Source: Rathayibacter tritici (GTDB lineage Bacteria > Actinomycetota > Actinomycetes > Actinomycetales > Microbacteriaceae). From it: a stretch of DNA of 32,000 nucleotides. The notes under the pieces were generated by a model. It saw only the letters and a program-made list of their open reading frames with translations. It ran no database searches and had not been told where the DNA came from. Below are positions 1 through 8,504 of this stretch, piece after piece. The DNA is taken from NCBI RefSeq assembly GCF_002932875.1, contig NZ_PSWS01000036.1, positions 56,026 through 88,025 on the forward strand, given 5' to 3'. Both the position numbers and the translations under genes were made by a program. The stretch's first letter is position 1. Each line of letters starts with the position of its first letter.

Positions 1-672
1 AACGGCGGCGGCTACGACCACTTCCTCGACACCATGATCAGTGCGGCCAACACCGAGGCCCCCGTCATCACGGCCACCGTGATCGCCGGGCTCGAGGACG
101 TGCACGACCACGCGGAGGAAGAGCCGGAGGGCGAGCACGAGCACGCGGAGTTCAACGAGCACGTCTGGTACGACCTGACGCTGATGAAGGAGGTCGCGGG
201 GCGGATCGGCGACGAGCTCGCCGCGCTCGACGCCGACAACGCCGCTACCTACTCCGCCAACCTTGCCAGGCTCGACGGGGGGCTCGACGCCCTGATCGCT
301 CGCGAGGGCGAGCTGAAAGGTGTGCTCTCCGGCCGTTCCATCGCGATCACCGAGCCCGTGCCGCTCTACCTCACCGACGCGCTCGGTCTCACCGACGCGA
401 CTCCGGAGGCCTTCAGTGAGGCGGTCGAGGAGGGCACCGACGTCCCCGCGACCACGCTGCAGGAGACGCTGGCGCTGTTCTCCGGCAAGGCCGTCGACGC
501 CCTGATCTACAACGAGCAGACCGAGGGCACGCAGACGGACGCGGTGCTCGACGCGGCGAAGGCCGCGGGCATCCCCACCGTCGGCGTCACCGAGACACTG
601 CCCGAGGGCGACGACTACACCGGCTGGATGACCGCGAACCTCGACGCGATCGAGGGAGCCCTCTCCCCGTGA
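1..672 (+). CDS. znuA: Zinc-type metal ABC transporter substrate-binding protein, C-terminal part (5' end outside window)
   Basis: Frame-1 ORF is open from base 1 to TGA 670-672. It has a His/Asp/Glu-rich loop HDHAEEEPEGEHEHAEFNEH typical of Zn-specific cluster A-I binding proteins. ATPase, permease and Fur/Zur genes follow with overlapping junctions. Confidence 0.8.
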   Translation, partial: NGGGYDHFLDTMISAANTEAPVITATVIAGLEDVHDHAEEEPEGEHEHAEFNEHVWYDLTLMKEVAGRIGDELAALDADNAATYSANLARLDGGLDALIAREGELKGVLSGRSIAITEPVPLYLTDALGLTDATPEAFSEAVEEGTDVPATTLQETLALFSGKAVDALIYNEQTEGTQTDAVLDAAKAAGIPTVGVTETLPEGDDYTGWMTANLDAIEGALSP

Positions 673-1532
673 GGCACGACCCCCCGAACGGCACCGACCC
701 GATCAGGCCCGCCTTCCCGGAGGCGGGCCCTTCGGCGCCCGTGCTGCGGCTGCGCGGCGCCGGGCTCCGCTTCGGCGACCGCGAGCTGTGGAGCGGCGTC
801 GACCTCGACGTGCGCGCCGGAGAGTTCGTCGCGGTGCTGGGCGCGAACGGATCCGGCAAGACGAGCCTCCTGCGGGCGGTTCTCGGTCAGCAGCAGCTCA
901 GCGCGGGAGAGATGCAGGTGCTCGGCGAGCCCGTGCACCGCGGTAATCGGCGCATCGGCTACATCCCGCAGCAGAAGCTCGCTGACGAGGGCACGCCGCT
1001 GCGCGCCCGCGACCTGCTCGGACTCGGAATCGACGGTCACCGGTTCGGCCTGCCGCTGCCCTCGCGTTCCCGGCGGGCGGCCGTCGACGCTCTGCTCAAG
1101 GCCGTCGGTGCCACGACGTTCGCCGACGCCCCCATCGGCCGCCTGTCCGGGGGCGAGCAGCAGCGCGTTCGCGTCGGCCAGGCGCTCGCGGGCAATCCGG
1201 CGCTCCTGCTCTGCGACGAGCCGCTGATCGCCCTGGACCTCGCGCATCAGCGGGGGGTCAGCGAGCTGATCGACCGGCACCGCCGTGAGCGGAACCTCGG
1301 CGTCCTCTTCGTCACCCACGACGTGAATCCGGTGCTCGGCATGGTGGACCGGGTGCTCTACCTCGCGGGCGGTCGCTTCCGCATCGGCACACCAGACGAG
1401 GTGCTGCGCTCGGAGGTGCTCAGCGAGCTCTACGACGCGCCGGTCGACGTGATCCGCGCCCGGGGCCGGGTCATCGTGGTCGGCGCGCCCGACCACTCGC
1501 ACGTGCACGAGCACGAGGAGGGGCAGTCGTGA
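669..1532 (+). CDS. znuC: Metal ABC transporter ATP-binding protein
   Basis: Walker A GANGSGKTSLL, ABC signature LSGGEQQRV, Walker B LLLCDEP. The GTG start overlaps the upstream stop (GTGA). Confidence 0.88.
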   Translation: MRHDPPNGTDPIRPAFPEAGPSAPVLRLRGAGLRFGDRELWSGVDLDVRAGEFVAVLGANGSGKTSLLRAVLGQQQLSAGEMQVLGEPVHRGNRRIGYIPQQKLADEGTPLRARDLLGLGIDGHRFGLPLPSRSRRAAVDALLKAVGATTFADAPIGRLSGGEQQRVRVGQALAGNPALLLCDEPLIALDLAHQRGVSELIDRHRRERNLGVLFVTHDVNPVLGMVDRVLYLAGGRFRIGTPDEVLRSEVLSELYDAPVDVIRARGRVIVVGAPDHSHVHEHEEGQS

Positions 1533-2395
1533 TGGACGTCTGGTCGCAGATCGTCGACTTCTCGGACTACGGGGCGCTGCTGGCGCTGCTGATCAACTCG
1601 GTGATCGCGGGTGCGGTCCTCGGAGTGGTCGGCGGGCTGATCGGCGTCTTCGTGATGTCGCGCGACATGGCGTTCGCGGTGCACGGCATCAGCGAGCTGT
1701 CGTTCGCGGGCGCCTCCGCGGGGCTGCTGCTGGGGGTAGGAGTCGTCGAGGGGTCGATCGTCGGCTCGCTGATCGCGGCCGTCCTGATCGGCCTGCTCGG
1801 CTCGCGCGCCCGCGACCGCAACTCGATCATCGCCGTGCTGATGCCGTTCGGCCTCGGCCTCGGCATCCTCTGCCTGGCGCTGTACCCGGGACGTAGCGCG
1901 AACAAGTTCGGCCTGCTCACCGGGCAGATCGTCGCGGTCGACGACCCGCAGCTCGGCTGGCTGATCGGTATCTCGGTGGTGGTTCTCGTCGGGCTCGCGC
2001 TGATTTGGCGCCCGCTCACCTTCGCGAGCGTCGACGCCGACGTGGCGGCCGCGCGCGGCATCCCGACACGGGCGCTCTCCATCGCGTTCATGCTCCTGCT
2101 CGGCCTCGCGGTCGCCGTCTCGGTGCAGATCGTCGGCTCGCTGCTGGTGCTCGCGATCCTGGTGACGCCCGCGGCTGCGGCGCTGCGCCTCTCCGCCTCA
2201 CCGGTGGTCGTGCCGCTGCTGAGCGTGCTCTTCGCGGTGGGCGCGCTGGTGGGCGGCATCTTGCTCGCGCTGGGCGGATCGATCCCGATCAGCCCCTACG
2301 TGACGACGATCTCGTTCGCGATCTACGCCGTCTGCCGGATCGTGGGCCGCACGGGCGTGCGTCGCTCCCGGGCCGTGGTCGGCGAGGGGCGGTAG
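1529..2395 (+). CDS. znuB: Metal ABC transporter permease (ABC-3/ZnuB type)
   Basis: 288-aa polytopic hydrophobic protein. The start overlaps the ATPase stop (GTGATG). Position between the ATPase and Zur genes supports the call. Confidence 0.85.
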   Translation: MMDVWSQIVDFSDYGALLALLINSVIAGAVLGVVGGLIGVFVMSRDMAFAVHGISELSFAGASAGLLLGVGVVEGSIVGSLIAAVLIGLLGSRARDRNSIIAVLMPFGLGLGILCLALYPGRSANKFGLLTGQIVAVDDPQLGWLIGISVVVLVGLALIWRPLTFASVDADVAAARGIPTRALSIAFMLLLGLAVAVSVQIVGSLLVLAILVTPAAAALRLSASPVVVPLLSVLFAVGALVGGILLALGGSIPISPYVTTISFAIYAVCRIVGRTGVRRSRAVVGEGR

Positions 2396-2396
2396 C

Positions 2397-2831
2397 GTGG
2401 CGCGGGTCGTCAGGAGTGGAGGTGGTCCCGTGGTCAAGCGCAACACGTGGCAGCGGGAGGCGGTGCGCGAGGCGCTCGGGCGCCGCGAGGATTTCGTCAG
2501 CGCCCAGGGCCTCCACAGCGCCCTGCACGCCTCCGGCTCGCCGATCGGACTCGCGACCGTCTACCGCGCCCTCTCGGACCTGGCGGTCGAGGGCGAGGCC
2601 GACTCGCTCCAGTCGCCCGAGGGCGAGAGCCTGTATCGTGCCTGCACGCCGGGCACGCACCACCACCACCTGATCTGCCGCCGGTGCGGGCTGACAGTCG
2701 AGATCGCAGCCGACGAGGTCGAGACCTGGGCTCGCTCGGTCGCCTCGCAGAACGGATTCACGGATGCGCGCCACGTCGTGGACGTCTTCGGGCTGTGCGC
2801 GGGCTGCACAGCGGAGCTCGCCGGGGCCTGA
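2397..2831 (+). CDS. zur: Fur-family zinc uptake regulator (Zur)
   Basis: Winged-helix N-terminus (GLATVYRALSDL), metal-site motifs HHHHLICRRCG and CAGC, and position as last gene of the znu cluster. An alternative GTG start at 2430 has the better SD (GGAGTGGAGG). Confidence 0.85.
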   Translation: MARVVRSGGGPVVKRNTWQREAVREALGRREDFVSAQGLHSALHASGSPIGLATVYRALSDLAVEGEADSLQSPEGESLYRACTPGTHHHHLICRRCGLTVEIAADEVETWARSVASQNGFTDARHVVDVFGLCAGCTAELAGA

Positions 2832-2869
2832 GGCCGACGGCTCCCCGGACGACCCGGGCTGCGCGGCAC

Positions 2870-3355
2870 TCAGGCGGGGAGGAACATGCCGATCGACCGG
2901 TCCTTGACCACGGAGCCGGCCGGCAGCACCCGCCCGCTCATCGCGAGGTAGACGCCGGGCGGCAGCAGCTGCACGGCGGCGACCGCGGTGCCGAGGTTGA
3001 ACGCCGCATCGCTGTCGGACATCCGCGCGGGCTGCATCGCGCCGGTGAGCACCACTACGCGGTCGCGGACGACGCCGAGCGCCTCGGCCGTCGCGGTCAT
3101 CGTGTCGGTGCCGTGGGTGAGGATGATCCGGTCCTCCTCCGCAGCGAGGACGCGTTCTGCGATCAGCGCCCGGTCGGCGTCGTCGAGGTCGAGGCTGTCT
3201 TTGGCGAGGACCTCCTCGATACGGAACTCGAGCGTGGTCAGCACCGGGGCGAGCAAGCGGGGCACCATCGGCGCGCCGATCTCGAGTTCGCCCGCGAGCG
3301 AGTACTCCTTGTCGACGGTGCCACCGGTGGTGAGGACGAGAATGCGGTCAGTCAC
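2870..3355 (-). CDS. Asparaginase-domain protein (N-terminal domain only, 161 aa)
   Basis: LVLTTGGTVDK (TGGT active-site motif) and THGTDTM second motif of L-asparaginase/glutaminase N-terminal domains. High GC3 frame. Confidence 0.7.
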   Translation of the reverse strand: MTDRILVLTTGGTVDKEYSLAGELEIGAPMVPRLLAPVLTTLEFRIEEVLAKDSLDLDDADRALIAERVLAAEEDRIILTHGTDTMTATAEALGVVRDRVVVLTGAMQPARMSDSDAAFNLGTAVAAVQLLPPGVYLAMSGRVLPAGSVVKDRSIGMFLPA

Positions 3356-3442
3356 CCGATCAGACTAGGCGCCGCCTCCGACACCGGCAGGTGTGTGCGC
3401 TCCGGCCGCGCCATGTGTCGTCGGCGGCCCGCATCCGGAACG

Positions 3443-3853
3443 ATGGATGACATGCAAACGTCTTCTTCGTCCCTGTTCCGTGCCGGCGCCAAGGTGTTCC
3501 TGGGCTCCACCCTGGTCTTCGCGGGGGTGAGCCATCTCACCCGCAAGCGGGAGGAGTTCCAGGCGCAGGTGCCGGAGTGGGTGCCGCTGGACAAGGACGC
3601 GGTCGTGCTCGCCTCGGGCGTGGTCGAGATCGGGCTGGGCGCCGCGCTGGTGCTCGCGCGCCGCCGGGCGCCGCTGGTCGGAGCCGCGGCCGCCGCCTTC
3701 TTCACCGCGATCTTCCCCGGCAACGTCTCGCAGTGGCTGACCCGGACGAGTGCCTTCGGCCTCGACACCGACCGCAAGCGCGCTGTCCGCCTGGTGTTCC
3801 AGCCGCTGCTGGTGGCGTGGGCGCTCTGGTCCACGCGGCGACCGCAGGGCTGA
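3443..3853 (+). CDS. Small 4-TM membrane protein, DoxX-like
   Basis: This is the C-terminal 136 codons of the 2447..3853 ORF; upstream of ATG 3443 that ORF is Arg/Pro/Gly off-frame junk. It has four hydrophobic helices and an FPGNVSQ motif. The family call is by recollection only. An alternative ATG lies at 3413. Confidence 0.6.
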   Translation: MDDMQTSSSSLFRAGAKVFLGSTLVFAGVSHLTRKREEFQAQVPEWVPLDKDAVVLASGVVEIGLGAALVLARRRAPLVGAAAAAFFTAIFPGNVSQWLTRTSAFGLDTDRKRAVRLVFQPLLVAWALWSTRRPQG

Positions 3854-3873
3854 TCCCGCTCGGCGGACGACGT

Positions 3874-3935
3874 AACGTCAGCTGAGAGTGCTCTTCATCC
3901 ACGATGGTGGATGACGGGGCCTCTCAGCTGACGTT
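3874..3935. terminator. Nested palindrome between convergent genes; candidate bidirectional terminator
   Basis: Perfect 15-bp arms AACGTCAGCTGAGAG (3874-3888) and CTCTCAGCTGACGTT (3921-3935) enclose an 8-bp stem TCATCCAC/GTGGATGA (3895-3902 / 3907-3914, loop GATG). There is no T-tract. Confidence 0.45.
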
Positions 3936-4634
3936 GTGCGCCGCCCCCGCCGGCAGCGGGGCGAGCAGCGGGGCCAGCAGCTCCTCGATCCCGCGCCGAG
4001 CCCCCTCCGCATCACCCGCCGCGATGGCCTCGACCAGCTCGGCGTGCTGTCGGGCGTGCGGATCCTCCTCGCCGACGACGTCCTCCTCCAGGACCGACTC
4101 GAACACGCCGGTCAATCCGTCGTAAAGCTCGACGAACAGGTCGTTGTGCGTCGCGACGACGACGGCCCGGTGCAGGGCCGTGTCCGCGGCGATCCGCTCG
4201 GCGGACTCCGCCTCCCACGACCGGGCCCGGCGCTCCAGCAGGGCGCGGAGGGAGGCCACGTCCTCGTCGGTGCGGCGCTCGGCGGCCAGCGCGGCCGTCG
4301 CTCCGTCGATCGCGAACCGCAGCTCGAGTCCCTCCCGGCGTGCGGCACTCGGGAGGCGGCGGCGCAGCGACTCGGCGAGCTGCGAGCGCGCGATCACGAA
4401 GGTGCCGCGACCCTGCTCGCGCCGCACCAGCCCCGCCTGCACGAGGGTCTGCACGGCCTCGCGCACGGAGTTGCGGCCCGCGCCGGTCCAGCGGGCGAGT
4501 TCGGCCTCCACCGGGATCCGCTCGCCCACGGCCCAGCGGCCGGAGCGGATCTCCTCGTGGAACAGTGCGGTCACGTGATCGATCACGCTCTCGCGCTGGA
4601 ACGGCGCGGCCGGGCTAGACTCGCCGGAATTCAT
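3924..4634 (-). CDS. GntR/FadR-family transcriptional regulator
   Basis: N-terminal GntR winged helix (ELARWTGAGRNSVREAVQTLVQAGLVRREQGRGTFV) plus an all-helical FCD-like C-terminal domain. Divergent from the MFS gene. Confidence 0.85.
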   Translation of the reverse strand: MNSGESSPAAPFQRESVIDHVTALFHEEIRSGRWAVGERIPVEAELARWTGAGRNSVREAVQTLVQAGLVRREQGRGTFVIARSQLAESLRRRLPSAARREGLELRFAIDGATAALAAERRTDEDVASLRALLERRARSWEAESAERIAADTALHRAVVVATHNDLFVELYDGLTGVFESVLEEDVVGEEDPHARQHAELVEAIAAGDAEGARRGIEELLAPLLAPLPAGAAHNVS

Positions 4635-4661
4635 CCCATCATCCTACCTCCTGGGGACTCC

Positions 4662-5864
4662 ATGACCGCAGCACCGACGCTCCGCGCCACCGCCCTCCTC
4701 GCCCTGGCCGCTATCGCGATGACCGCGCTCAACCTCCGCACCGCCGTCACCGGCTTCAGCCCGCTGCTCGACACGATCGGCGCCGACCTCGGCTTCGGCC
4801 CCGCGCTCTACGGCGCGCTCGGCACGATCGTCACTGCCTCGTTCGCCGTGTTCGGCTTCGTCGCGGCGGCCGCCTCGCGCCGGATCGGGCTCGAGCGCAC
4901 GCTCGCCGTCGCGACGCTGGTGACCACGCTGGGGATCGCCCTTCGCGCGCTGAGTCCGACCCCCGTCGCGCTGGTGCTCTCGACGGTCGTCGCCTTCGCG
5001 GGCGTGGGCACCTCGAACGTGCTCATCGTGCCGATCGTGAAGCGCTACTTCGCCGAGCGGATCAAGACGGTCAGCTCGCTCTACCTGGCGCTGTTGCAGG
5101 TGGGCCAGTTCGTCGCCCCGCTGGTCGCGGTGCCGCTCGCCTCGGGGGTGGACTGGCGCTGGGCGATCGGAGTCTGGGCCGGGATGACGGCGGTGGCGTG
5201 CCTGCTCTGGGTCGCGCTCGCGGCCCGCGGAGGAGGCGGGACGGCGCCGACCGCGGTGGGTGGTCGGGTGGACGGGGCGTGGCGCACTCCGCTGCTCTGG
5301 GCGATGGTGCTGATGCTCGGCATGACCGGTCTGCACACCTACGGGATCATCACCTGGCTGCCGACGATCCTCGTCGACGCGGGCGCGGACCCTGCGCAGG
5401 GTGGTGCGCTGCTCGCGCTGTTCTCGGTGTTCGGCCTGGCCGCCGCGTTCGTGGTGCCGCCGCTGACGCTGGGGATGCGCAACCCGGTCGTGGTCGTGGT
5501 GGTGTGCTGCGCGCTGCTCGCGGTCGGCTACACGGGGTTGGTCCTTGCTCCGCTGGCCGGCGCTGTGGCCTGGGTGGTCTGCCTGGGCCTCGGCGTCAGC
5601 ACCTTCCCGATGACGCTGACGCTGGTGAATGCGCGGACGCGGACGACGACCGGCTCCTCGACCCTTTCTGGGGCGACGCAGGGGCTCGGCTACGGTCTCG
5701 CGTGCCTCGGTCCCCTGCTGATCGGCGTGCTCTACGAGGTGCAGGGCGGCTGGGGAGGTGCGTACACGCTGCTGTTCGCGGGCGTCGCCGTGCTGCTGGT
5801 CAGCGGGATCGTGGCGAGCCGGCCGCGGTTCCTGGAGGACGAGGCGGCGCTGCGGCGGGCCTGA
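4662..5864 (+). CDS. MFS transporter, CynX/NimT-like
   Basis: 400 aa with about 12 TM helices. The N-terminal ALNLRTAVTGFSPLLDTIGADLG block is typical of the CynX-type MFS. Only 27 bp separate its ATG from the divergent GntR start. Confidence 0.8.
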   Translation: MTAAPTLRATALLALAAIAMTALNLRTAVTGFSPLLDTIGADLGFGPALYGALGTIVTASFAVFGFVAAAASRRIGLERTLAVATLVTTLGIALRALSPTPVALVLSTVVAFAGVGTSNVLIVPIVKRYFAERIKTVSSLYLALLQVGQFVAPLVAVPLASGVDWRWAIGVWAGMTAVACLLWVALAARGGGGTAPTAVGGRVDGAWRTPLLWAMVLMLGMTGLHTYGIITWLPTILVDAGADPAQGGALLALFSVFGLAAAFVVPPLTLGMRNPVVVVVVCCALLAVGYTGLVLAPLAGAVAWVVCLGLGVSTFPMTLTLVNARTRTTTGSSTLSGATQGLGYGLACLGPLLIGVLYEVQGGWGGAYTLLFAGVAVLLVSGIVASRPRFLEDEAALRRA

Positions 5865-5876
5865 GCGCTGGGCCGC

Positions 5877-7202
5877 TCAGGCGGCGGGGACGAGGTTCCA
5901 GCGGTCGGCCAGGATCTCGAGGCCCTTGTCGAACGTGGCCGACCACGCCGTGACGTCGTGGGCGCTGCCGGGCACCTCGATGTAGGTGGCGTTCATTCCG
6001 GCCGCGAGCGCCGCCGCGTGCAGGGTCTTCGCTCCGGGGAGGAAGGAGGCGTCGTTGGCGCCGACCCCGAAGATCGCGACGGTGCCGGTGTAGGGCGCGT
6101 TCTTCGCGAGGAGGCCGAGCGGCGTCGCGGCTTTGTAGGCGGCCGCGTCGCCGCCGAAACCCTGCGCGATGGTGGCGGCCTCGCTGCCGAGCGTCGGCGC
6201 GAGCTCGCCCGAGGCGTCGATGATGTTGCCGAACAGTGCCGGGAAGCCTGCGCCGAGCTGGATCGCGCAGGTTCCGCCCTGCGAGAGGCCGCCGATCGCC
6301 CAGTGCTGCGCGTCGCCGAGTACCGGGAGGTTGGCGCGGATCCAGTTCGGGACGTCGACGGTGAGGTAGGTGGCCGATTTCCCCATCGGCGAGTCGATGC
6401 ACATCGTGTTCGTGTTCGGGTCGCCCAGCTGGTCGGGCGAGACGACGATCGGCGCGAGGCCGGCGTGCGCGGCGGCGTAGGTGTCGAGGGCCTGCTGGAG
6501 CTTCTCGGTCGAGAGCGGGTCGGAGGGGGAGCCGGGCTGGCCCGAGAGCATCACCATCACCGGCAGGAGCGGCGGGGCCGCGGTGAGAGCTGCGGGCGGG
6601 AGATAGACCACGGCGTCGCGGGCGGGGAATCCGGAGGCGGTGGCGGGGATCGCGACGCTCGAGACCGAGCCCGCGGCAGGCATCCCGGGGGGCGCGATCC
6701 AGGTCGCGAGGTCGGCGTGCGGGCCGCCCGGGACGACGGCGAGGACGTCGGAGTCGGAGTAGGCGCTGATCCCGAGCGCGCTGCGGACCGTCGGGTACTG
6801 GCCGAAGTCGATGTTGATGCTCATCGCGGCGGTCGCCACGACGAGCACCGCGACGCCGAGGGAGGCGAGCACACCCCGTACGCGCCGACGGCGGATCGCC
6901 TGCACGAGCACGACGAGGGCGACGGCGACGCCGCCGAATCCGAGACCGATCCAGAGGCGGGTGATCGGGGTGAAATCGACGCCGAAGGGGCCGTCGGATT
7001 CGCCGACGAGGGCGGCGAGGGCGATGCCGACGAGAAGGCCCAGGACCAGGAACGCGACGGCGACGGCGCCGCGGCGGATGCGGCCGGAGCCGCGGGAGCG
7101 GATGTGGACCGCGAGCAGGAGGAGCAGCGCGGCGGCGGCGAGCGCGTAGACGGAGACGACGAGGACGCCGGAGACGAGGCTCAGGTCGAGGAAAGTGGTC
7201 AT
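5877..7202 (-). CDS. Membrane-anchored alpha/beta hydrolase (esterase D / mycolyltransferase-like family)
   Basis: The first ~130 aa carry 4 TM helices. An esterase domain follows, with nucleophile elbow GGLSQGG and a C-terminal GSAHDV His. Confidence 0.75.
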   Translation of the reverse strand: MTTFLDLSLVSGVLVVSVYALAAAALLLLLAVHIRSRGSGRIRRGAVAVAFLVLGLLVGIALAALVGESDGPFGVDFTPITRLWIGLGFGGVAVALVVLVQAIRRRRVRGVLASLGVAVLVVATAAMSINIDFGQYPTVRSALGISAYSDSDVLAVVPGGPHADLATWIAPPGMPAAGSVSSVAIPATASGFPARDAVVYLPPAALTAAPPLLPVMVMLSGQPGSPSDPLSTEKLQQALDTYAAAHAGLAPIVVSPDQLGDPNTNTMCIDSPMGKSATYLTVDVPNWIRANLPVLGDAQHWAIGGLSQGGTCAIQLGAGFPALFGNIIDASGELAPTLGSEAATIAQGFGGDAAAYKAATPLGLLAKNAPYTGTVAIFGVGANDASFLPGAKTLHAAALAAGMNATYIEVPGSAHDVTAWSATFDKGLEILADRWNLVPAA

Positions 7203-7411
7203 GCGTCGATCCGGTCGGAGGTGCTCGGGCGGGCGTCAGTCTGGCCGCGGTCTCTGGGGGATGGCCGTGAGTGGCGAGGGCGATTCTCCTCCCCAGGCGA
7301 AGATCCTTCGACCTCTCCACAGATACGGCGCAACCCCGCGCGCCGCGGTGGCGCTCGCACCTAGCGTGGAACTCCCGACGCATCCCGCGCCCTCACGAAG
7401 GAGCCCGCACC

Positions 7412-7507
7412 ATGAGGCAGCATCCCCGCACCGAGAGCCCCGTCCGCGAGAGCCCCGTCCGCGAGAGCCCCGTCCGCGAGAGCCCCGTCCGCGAGGCCCG
7501 CGCATGA
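7412..7507 (+). CDS. Candidate 31-codon upstream ORF MRQHPRT(ESPVR)4EARA, translationally coupled to the SDR gene
   Basis: SD GAAGGAG (7397-7403) lies 8 nt before ATG 7412. The stop TGA 7505-7507 overlaps the SDR ATG 7504-7506 (ATGA). All repeat codons in this frame end in G/C. It is too short for the ORF track as an independent gene. Confidence 0.4.
   Translation: MRQHPRTESPVRESPVRESPVRESPVREARA
7433..7492. repeat. Perfect tandem repeat, 4 x 15 bp (GAGAGCCCCGTCCGC)
   Basis: Read directly: units at 7433, 7448, 7463 and 7478, followed by a partial diverged copy GAGGCCCGC. Confidence 0.95.
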
Positions 7508-8502
7508 GCCGTGGAGTCGCCGTCGTCACCGGAGGCACGGCCGGGTTGGGACGCGCGACGGTCCGTGAGCTGGCCTCCCGCGGCTGGGACGTCGCCGTGC
7601 TGGCGCGCGGCGAGGACGGCCTCGCGGCCACTGTCGCCGAGATCGAGCAGAAGGGCCGGCGTGGGCTGGGTATCCCGACGGATGTGGCCGACCGCGAGGC
7701 CGTCGAGTCCGCTGCGGATCGGGTCGAGGCCGAGCTCGGTCCGATCGAGCTGTGGGTCAACGACGCGATGGTCGGCGTGTTCGGCGAGTTCCTCTCGACC
7801 GAGCCGGCCGATTTCGAGCGCGCGGTGGGCGTGAACTTCTTCGGCTTCGTCAACGGCACTCGCGCGGCGCTCTCGCGAATGACTCCGCGCGACCGCGGGC
7901 ATGTCATCCAGGTGGGCTCCGCGCTCGCGCACCGGGGCATCCCGTTGCAGGCGGCCTACTGCGCCTCGAAGTTCGGCGCGCGCGGCTTCACCGAGGCCGT
8001 CACCGCCGAGCTCCTGCACGCGAAGAGCCGCGTGCGGCTGTCCGAGGTCGACATGCCGGCGCTCAACACCATTCAGTTCAACTGGGTGAAGTCCCAGCTG
8101 CCGCACCACCCGCAGCCGGTGCCGCCGATCTACGAGCCGGAGGTGGGTGCGATCGCGATCGCCGATGTGGCCGACACGCCGCGCCGCCGCACCTGGGTGG
8201 GCGAGCCGACCGCGGGCACGATCCTCGGCGACCGCTTCGCCGGCCGCTTCATGGACTGGTACCTCGCCCGCAACGCGTTCGACGGCCAGCAGGCTGCGGA
8301 CAAGACCGAGCCGATGCTGCCGAACAACGTCTACGAACCGGTCCCCGGCGATCACGGTGCGCGCGGCCTCTTCAGCGACCGCGCGCACACGATGACGCCG
8401 CAGATCTGGATGATCCGCCACCGCGGTCTCAGCTACGCGGGGGCCGCAGCGGCCCTCGCCGCCGGAGCCGTAGGTGTCCTCTCCGCCCTGCGGAGGAGGT
8501 GA
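7504..8502 (+). CDS. SDR-family oxidoreductase with C-terminal membrane anchor
   Basis: TGGTAGLG cofactor motif, catalytic YCASK (YxxxK). The C-terminal stretch LSYAGAAAALAAGAVGVLSAL is followed by RRR. Confidence 0.85.
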   Translation: MSRGVAVVTGGTAGLGRATVRELASRGWDVAVLARGEDGLAATVAEIEQKGRRGLGIPTDVADREAVESAADRVEAELGPIELWVNDAMVGVFGEFLSTEPADFERAVGVNFFGFVNGTRAALSRMTPRDRGHVIQVGSALAHRGIPLQAAYCASKFGARGFTEAVTAELLHAKSRVRLSEVDMPALNTIQFNWVKSQLPHHPQPVPPIYEPEVGAIAIADVADTPRRRTWVGEPTAGTILGDRFAGRFMDWYLARNAFDGQQAADKTEPMLPNNVYEPVPGDHGARGLFSDRAHTMTPQIWMIRHRGLSYAGAAAALAAGAVGVLSALRRR

Positions 8503-8504
8503 GC

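Noticed and set aside
2447-3442. N-terminal 332 codons of the 468-aa ORF 2447..3853
   Set aside because: Low-complexity, and it overlaps zur and the antisense asparaginase-domain gene. Only the last 136 codons (from 3443) look like a real membrane protein.
5800-7383. 527-aa minus-strand and 468-aa plus-strand ORFs overlapping the esterase gene
   Set aside because: Same high-GC artefact (RRRPRR-type composition). The 5877..7202 frame has TM helices and an esterase nucleophile elbow.
7195-7503. Long N-terminal extension of the SDR gene containing (REPRP)4
   Set aside because: There is no SD, and GC3 is poor in that frame across the repeat. The ESPVR frame has perfect GC3 and its own SD. The SDR Rossmann motif begins right after ATG 7504.
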